Shown here in pieces: positions 58,880 to 64,000 of a DNA stretch of 64,000 nucleotides. Source of the DNA: a virus; IMG/VR virus record IMGVR_UViG_3300025880_000012, positions 1 through 64,000 of that record, one strand, 5' to 3'. The position numbers and the translations under genes were made by a program. The number at the start of each line of letters is the position of its first letter. Within the stretch, counting starts at the first letter, position 1. The notes under the pieces were generated by a model, which was given only the letters and a program-made list of their open reading frames with translations, was not told where the DNA came from and did no database searches.

Positions 58880-59692
58880 TTATATTCTATCCGATCTATT
58901 AATGTAACCTTTATAAGATAACTGCAATTTTAAGGATTCATTACTGCTACTTTGAATAGATTGACTTAACAGTCTGGCATTCTTGATTGTTATAGATTCA
59001 ATTAATTGGTCATTAATAGGGTTACTTAAGGAAATTTCAACATCCTTCATTATAGGGGATTCTAAGTAGCTTGAAATTTTAGGCACTTCGTAGTTGTCGA
59101 TATCAATACTAACATTTAATTCTTGATATATCGGGAAGTCCGTATGTACTTGAACGGGAAAAGGTTCACTAACTTTATAAATAGGTTCTCTATTGATACG
59201 TATAGAATAATCAAAGCTAGATACTCTATTAGTATTGAAGCCATGAACATCAAGAAGTATTGAGCCTTGGTTTGGTATTTGTATGGGTGGGTGAGCTAAA
59301 TTACCTTGATCTTTGAGGCCTTCACCAATATCTCCATAGACCACAATAGATGCATTAGCTGTGGGAATTTGACCAATACCTGCAGATAGAGAATATTCAG
59401 TTAAAAATCCACTCAAGAAACCAAAACTAGAATCTCCGTAATTAATGCTACCACTAATCGGTTGATCTCCAGTGTAATCAAGTAACTTTTCCTCACCAAT
59501 GTAATATTTAGAAATGTTAAAATTGCCAACTAAAGAACCTTGCCTTACAGGAAAAGTGTGACCTTTACCGATGATGTTAATGGGAGATTCATCAATACTA
59601 TAACCACCATCTATACTAACTACCCCCGACAATTGACACCCATCAAGAAAGAATTCCTGATCATAGTTAAAATGGGCATTTTTAAATGCCAC
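58880..59692 (-). CDS. putative tail tube-like/distal tail protein
   Basis: GTG start with AGGAGG SD overlapping the TMP end; beta-rich. Confidence 0.45.
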   Translation of the reverse strand: MAFKNAHFNYDQEFFLDGCQLSGVVSIDGGYSIDESPINIIGKGHTFPVRQGSLVGNFNISKYYIGEEKLLDYTGDQPISGSINYGDSSFGFLSGFLTEYSLSAGIGQIPTANASIVVYGDIGEGLKDQGNLAHPPIQIPNQGSILLDVHGFNTNRVSSFDYSIRINREPIYKVSEPFPVQVHTDFPIYQELNVSIDIDNYEVPKISSYLESPIMKDVEISLSNPINDQLIESITIKNARLLSQSIQSSSNESLKLQLSYKGYINRSDRI

Positions 59693-62600
59693 TCAGTACG
59701 CCTCCTATTTTTTGTTCTTGAGAAATAACATTAACGACTGCATCTTTGATTCGCGATGCAAATTCTTGCTCATTTGGGCCACCTCCTTCAGTAGATACAG
59801 ATCCGTTAGGTGAAACATTAATGTTAACAGTCACATTACTAGAATTAGTTTGGTTTTCACTTTGAGTATTTACAGTTTCAGTTTTTTTACTTTCAGGACT
59901 ATCTACTATACCACCCTGATTCATTTTAATAGTGTTTAATTTGTTGAAAAATCCTGGATACTTCTTTTCAACTTTCTGTACACTTGAAGCCTTAACAACA
60001 TATTCACCTTTATCAAGCATCACTGGCCCAACTTTGTCAATCCCACCAGGACCGTGAACCTTGCCACCTTTACTCATGTACATTGTTTTATTTTGGTGAG
60101 ACTGATCTCTAAAGTAGTTACTTTTATTGTCAAAAGAAGAATTTTGGTTTTGATAGCTAACATTATTTATGGGGCGAGATAAATTCATATTAGAATGACT
60201 ATTGATAGTATTGCGATTTATGGAAGATACATTATTAGAGCGATCACCATCTCTAGGCGCGGAGAAAGGGTTATTAGATTTAGGTAAGTTAGTAAAAGCT
60301 GATTGATTATTATAAGAACTCATAGAGTTGATCACACTTTGATTTCTGGAGTTACCAGCATAAGAATTGAATGATTGATTTGCATTGCTATTTTTGCTAT
60401 TGTGATAACGAGATTGTTTTGAATTATCTTCATGAGAATTAAAAACTGACCCTCCATTATTGAATTGAGAATATTTATTAATAGAATGACTGGAAACACT
60501 ACCGCCTTGATTAAAATTAGAGTAAGGGGATCTGCTGGAGTCAGTATTAAATACCGAGCCTCCCTGATTAAAATATGAGTGTGGATTATTAGAAGAATAA
60601 TTATTACTCACAGACCCTCCTTGGTTGAAGAAAGATTGACGGGAAGAATTTGAACGTGAATTAGACGTAGAGCCTCCCTGATTAAAATATGAGTGTGGAT
60701 TATTAGATGAGTAACTACTACTTACAGATCCCCCTTGATTAAAGAGAGATTGACGGGAATCGTTTGATTGCGAATCAATGACTGATCCACCTTGATTAAA
60801 GTATGAATACGGATTACTAGAGGAAGTGGTGTTTACTGAGCCTCCTCTATTGTAATATGAATAAGCTGATGAGCTAGGAGATGAATGACTAATTAGCCCT
60901 CCACTGTAATTGCCATCAACAACACTACATACACCTCCACTGCATTGTTGTAAACTAGACAGTTCGGATTGTAAGCCTTCCTTGGAAAAATTGTAATTTT
61001 TATATGTATCTTTATCTAATAAATACTGGATACTTTTAGTTTTCTTTGCATTGTCTACTGGTGTCAAGTCTTCATTTGACATTTTACTCAATGCATTAAG
61101 GTTGTCTGCAGCTTTGTCAGATTTATAAGCAGTAGTTACTTTATTAAAACCTTTTGAAAGCATGTTAGCTCCAAATGACATAGCTAGCCCAGTTGTTAAG
61201 TTTCCAAGCATTTGAGCTTTCTCTTGAACTTTTTGATTTTTTTTGTCAACATCATATTGATATTTTGCGAGAAGGTATTCACCGTATTGCTTTGAATAGT
61301 CATCTTTCTTGCGAAATCTAGCACTCATCATATTACCAGTAGGATCAATATCTAAAGCAGATTTAGTGTTTAGGCGTTGGTATGCCTTGGGTGCTTCGGG
61401 GCCACTATACTCTTCTGGTTCGCGATCTTCTTTATTGGCAAAAGATTGACCTACTAAAGTGCCGCCACCTTTAGCTATTTTCGTTAAGGCACTATCACTA
61501 CCTTTACTGGATAGAGCATTTTTAGTTTTGTCCCATGCTCTCGATACCCAACTACCCTGATTAAGCTTTAATACAGTGGAATCTAATTTATCAATTGATC
61601 CAGAAAGCCTATTAATTGGACTAGAATAATCAGCATTATCTGTTTCAAAAATAGAATTAGGTATAGCAGAATTTTCATCAGAATTTGATTGAGAGCTATT
61701 AGATTGCAATAAACTTTTAGCCATAAGTCCACCGTCGGACATTGGAGTCAAGATAGGCATTGGACCCGCACCCTCTGTAGATACATCAAACGACTCTTGG
61801 TTGGGCTGATTAAACAAGTCATCTAGGGAGCCACTTTCATTTATATTATCTAAGGCCGAAACTCCGAGTCGATCAACAATTTTCTTTTTAACGACATACT
61901 CACCAGAAGTCAACATGGAGGGAACTTTATTCGAGTTACCAACAGTACCACCCGATGCATAACCTTGTATTAAGCCACCTTGATATTTACCTCCAAAACC
62001 ATCCATTAAATCAAATATTCCGCTCGTGATTTGTTTGGCAGCTCGTTCTGTCAATGCATTACTTATTGAACTTGCGATACCGCCAGCAAACTGAAGAAAT
62101 GAATCGCTCATACTTTTTGTGCCATCACCCATATTTTTCACTAAATCTTTAAAGCCATTCTCAACAGCATCAAAGGTAGTATTAGCCATAGTTTCTCCAA
62201 ACTTTTCAAGAGCTAAATTGTTTTCTTTTATACGTTCTGTTATAGTATCTCTAAACAAAGTTTCTTTGCCAAGCTCGATGTTCATTTCTTTTTGCTTCTT
62301 GGCAATTTCTACATCGATCTCTGCCGTCTTAAGGGTGTTACCTTGGCTAGCATAAACTCCTTGCTTACCTTTTAATTCCTCCATATCAGCCGTCAAATTA
62401 GTTCTAACCGCTTCGTTTTCAGCTTCCCAACCAGTTAAACCCGTATTAGCTCCAGATTCAATGACGCGAGATTTGCCCTGTATGGTTTGCAATCTCTGGT
62501 CTGCCTCAGATGTTGAGAGGTCGGATTGCATTAATCCAATGTTTGCAAAATGACCTTCCGCTAATTTAACTCTGATGTCAGCAATAGTTTTTTCAAGATC

Positions 62601-64000
62601 TTGGCTTTCCTTAGTGATACTATTGAGACTTTCTTGCAAATGTACACCTGCTTCTCTGTCAGCTTTAAATTGTTCGGTTAGATTGCCTGATTCATTTATG
62701 AGTTGATCAAATTTTACTTTCGATTCGGCTTGAAATCCAGTCATACCCTGAAATGGAGACTCAGAATCAGTGATCACTTCACGTTTTTTGGATATCGCTT
62801 GAGATTCACCTTGCGTAGAAATGTTGTCTAATTCAATTTTCTCTAAGGCTTTTTTACCAAAATCATTGCTATCCAACCTTGCTCGAGCTTCAATTAAACT
62901 TTTAGAAAAATTTATAGACTCTTCCGTCATACTTCTTGAAGCTTCCGCTTCATATTTTTTAAATTGAATATTAGCTTTATGTTGATCGGTTAAATTATTG
63001 GTTTCAGTAATCAAATCTTCAGTAGCTCCTTTTGCCTGCACTTGAAATCCAGTTAATCCAACAAGTTCGTTTTGTATATCTGGTGAGCTTGTGCCGGAAA
63101 AGTCATCTCTTGTGATTTTTTTAAGCATGCCTTCTCTAGCTTGAGATTTACCTACAACATTACCATATTCCGTGATTGTGGATTGCTTGGCTTTTGTTGC
63201 AAAATCATTATCATCCAGTCTTTGCTGGAAATCGTTTACAGACTTAACCCAAGATCTACCTTCTTCGTCCATTGTATTTAAAGTTTCCTGCAAATGAACT
63301 CCAGCTGTTTTATCAGCTGCAAATTGTGCGGCAAGCTCTTTGCCGGCATTGGTAACCTCTGTAAGATTTAAATCTGCTTTACCTTCAAAAAATGTTTTTC
63401 CGGTATCTGGGTCGACTTCAAATTTTGTATTAGTCTCTGTGTTTGAATCTCGCATTTTTTTACCAAAGCCAGATCGCTCGTTGCGTATCCTTTCTTGTAT
63501 TGTTTGTGCGGCAAGCTCTTGTAATTTTGTATTTTTTTCTTCCGCTGCAATTCGAGCTCTTTGCTTTGCGAGAGCTTCAAGTTCGTTTGTGTATTCTTCG
63601 TCGAGAGTTACGGCTAAAGATTCTGTAAGTTTAGAGATGTAATCTGAGTTTTGTAAGTAACTTCTTTTAAACCCATTAACTTCTTTTGAAATTTGTCCAT
63701 TAATTATAACAGCATCAACTTCTTCTAACATAGCTTTATTTACTTCTTGCTGCATGCCTCCTTGAATAGCAAGAAATTTTTTCAATTCATTATATCTATC
63801 TACTCGCTGCCTAGCTGCACCTACCCCATTTTTATTAAGCTGAAATTCTTTACGTAATTGACCAAGATTGTTTTCTGCCATGGATTTTTCTTTATTCGCT
63901 ACCCTTAATTGTTCATCTTTAGATTGGTTAATGGATTCAAGTTTGCTATTTAAGCCTTCACTAGAAACAACATTCATTTCTTGAAGTTTAGATAACTGCT
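59682..64000 (-). CDS. tail tape measure protein (5' part outside window)
   Basis: Long helical region; YASGGTV...VPSMLTSGEYVV; GGIDKVGPVMLDKGEYVV; C-terminal VTVNINV...EQKIGGVL; frame open to the window edge. Confidence 0.85.
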   Translation of the reverse strand, partial: QLSKLQEMNVVSSEGLNSKLESINQSKDEQLRVANKEKSMAENNLGQLRKEFQLNKNGVGAARQRVDRYNELKKFLAIQGGMQQEVNKAMLEEVDAVIINGQISKEVNGFKRSYLQNSDYISKLTESLAVTLDEEYTNELEALAKQRARIAAEEKNTKLQELAAQTIQERIRNERSGFGKKMRDSNTETNTKFEVDPDTGKTFFEGKADLNLTEVTNAGKELAAQFAADKTAGVHLQETLNTMDEEGRSWVKSVNDFQQRLDDNDFATKAKQSTITEYGNVVGKSQAREGMLKKITRDDFSGTSSPDIQNELVGLTGFQVQAKGATEDLITETNNLTDQHKANIQFKKYEAEASRSMTEESINFSKSLIEARARLDSNDFGKKALEKIELDNISTQGESQAISKKREVITDSESPFQGMTGFQAESKVKFDQLINESGNLTEQFKADREAGVHLQESLNSITKESQDLEKTIADIRVKLAEGHFANIGLMQSDLSTSEADQRLQTIQGKSRVIESGANTGLTGWEAENEAVRTNLTADMEELKGKQGVYASQGNTLKTAEIDVEIAKKQKEMNIELGKETLFRDTITERIKENNLALEKFGETMANTTFDAVENGFKDLVKNMGDGTKSMSDSFLQFAGGIASSISNALTERAAKQITSGIFDLMDGFGGKYQGGLIQGYASGGTVGNSNKVPSMLTSGEYVVKKKIVDRLGVSALDNINESGSLDDLFNQPNQESFDVSTEGAGPMPILTPMSDGGLMAKSLLQSNSSQSNSDENSAIPNSIFETDNADYSSPINRLSGSIDKLDSTVLKLNQGSWVSRAWDKTKNALSSKGSDSALTKIAKGGGTLVGQSFANKEDREPEEYSGPEAPKAYQRLNTKSALDIDPTGNMMSARFRKKDDYSKQYGEYLLAKYQYDVDKKNQKVQEKAQMLGNLTTGLAMSFGANMLSKGFNKVTTAYKSDKAADNLNALSKMSNEDLTPVDNAKKTKSIQYLLDKDTYKNYNFSKEGLQSELSSLQQCSGGVCSVVDGNYSGGLISHSSPSSSAYSYYNRGGSVNTTSSSNPYSYFNQGGSVIDSQSNDSRQSLFNQGGSVSSSYSSNNPHSYFNQGGSTSNSRSNSSRQSFFNQGGSVSNNYSSNNPHSYFNQGGSVFNTDSSRSPYSNFNQGGSVSSHSINKYSQFNNGGSVFNSHEDNSKQSRYHNSKNSNANQSFNSYAGNSRNQSVINSMSSYNNQSAFTNLPKSNNPFSAPRDGDRSNNVSSINRNTINSHSNMNLSRPINNVSYQNQNSSFDNKSNYFRDQSHQNKTMYMSKGGKVHGPGGIDKVGPVMLDKGEYVVKASSVQKVEKKYPGFFNKLNTIKMNQGGIVDSPESKKTETVNTQSENQTNSSNVTVNINVSPNGSVSTEGGGPNEQEFASRIKDAVVNVISQEQKIGGVLSGI
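60440..60910 (-). repeat. degenerate (F/Y)NQGGSV repeats within the tape measure
   Basis: About 8 copies separated by Ser/Asn-rich spacers. Confidence 0.8.

Noticed and set aside
1-64000. tRNA or rRNA genes and alternative genetic code
   Set aside because: Intergenic gaps are short with no cloverleaf seen; standard-code ORFs are long and tile the window

Overview
AT-rich, gene-dense segment of a large tailed dsDNA phage (Caudoviricetes) with a lambda-like tail tip, so probably a siphovirus; the host is probably Gram-negative but cannot be identified. Plus strand (0.5-36.7 kb): J-domain protein, PhoH, sulfotransferase, candidate lysis genes, a tandem array of seven modular fibre/adhesin genes (6.4-24.1 kb), a sigma-like factor, an ERCC4 nuclease, terminase, portal, protease-scaffold, capsid genes and a head-tail adaptor. 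Minus strand (64-36.7 kb): tape measure, lambda M/L/K/I-J-like tail tip genes, two DUF2827-like glycosyltransferases, a GT25-GT8-GT34 triple fusion and two Ser/Thr-rich coiled-coil fibre proteins. Strongest candidates for undescribed biology: (1) a phage-encoded system that may glycosylate its own virion fibres; (2) a cassette array of receptor-binding proteins with near-identical DNA anchors and a core domain that accepts swappable inserts; (3) a GTGTA motif starting 14-17 nt before 11 start codons, suggesting leaderless late transcription by the phage sigma-like factor. All family assignments come from motif recognition by eye; no database searches were run.
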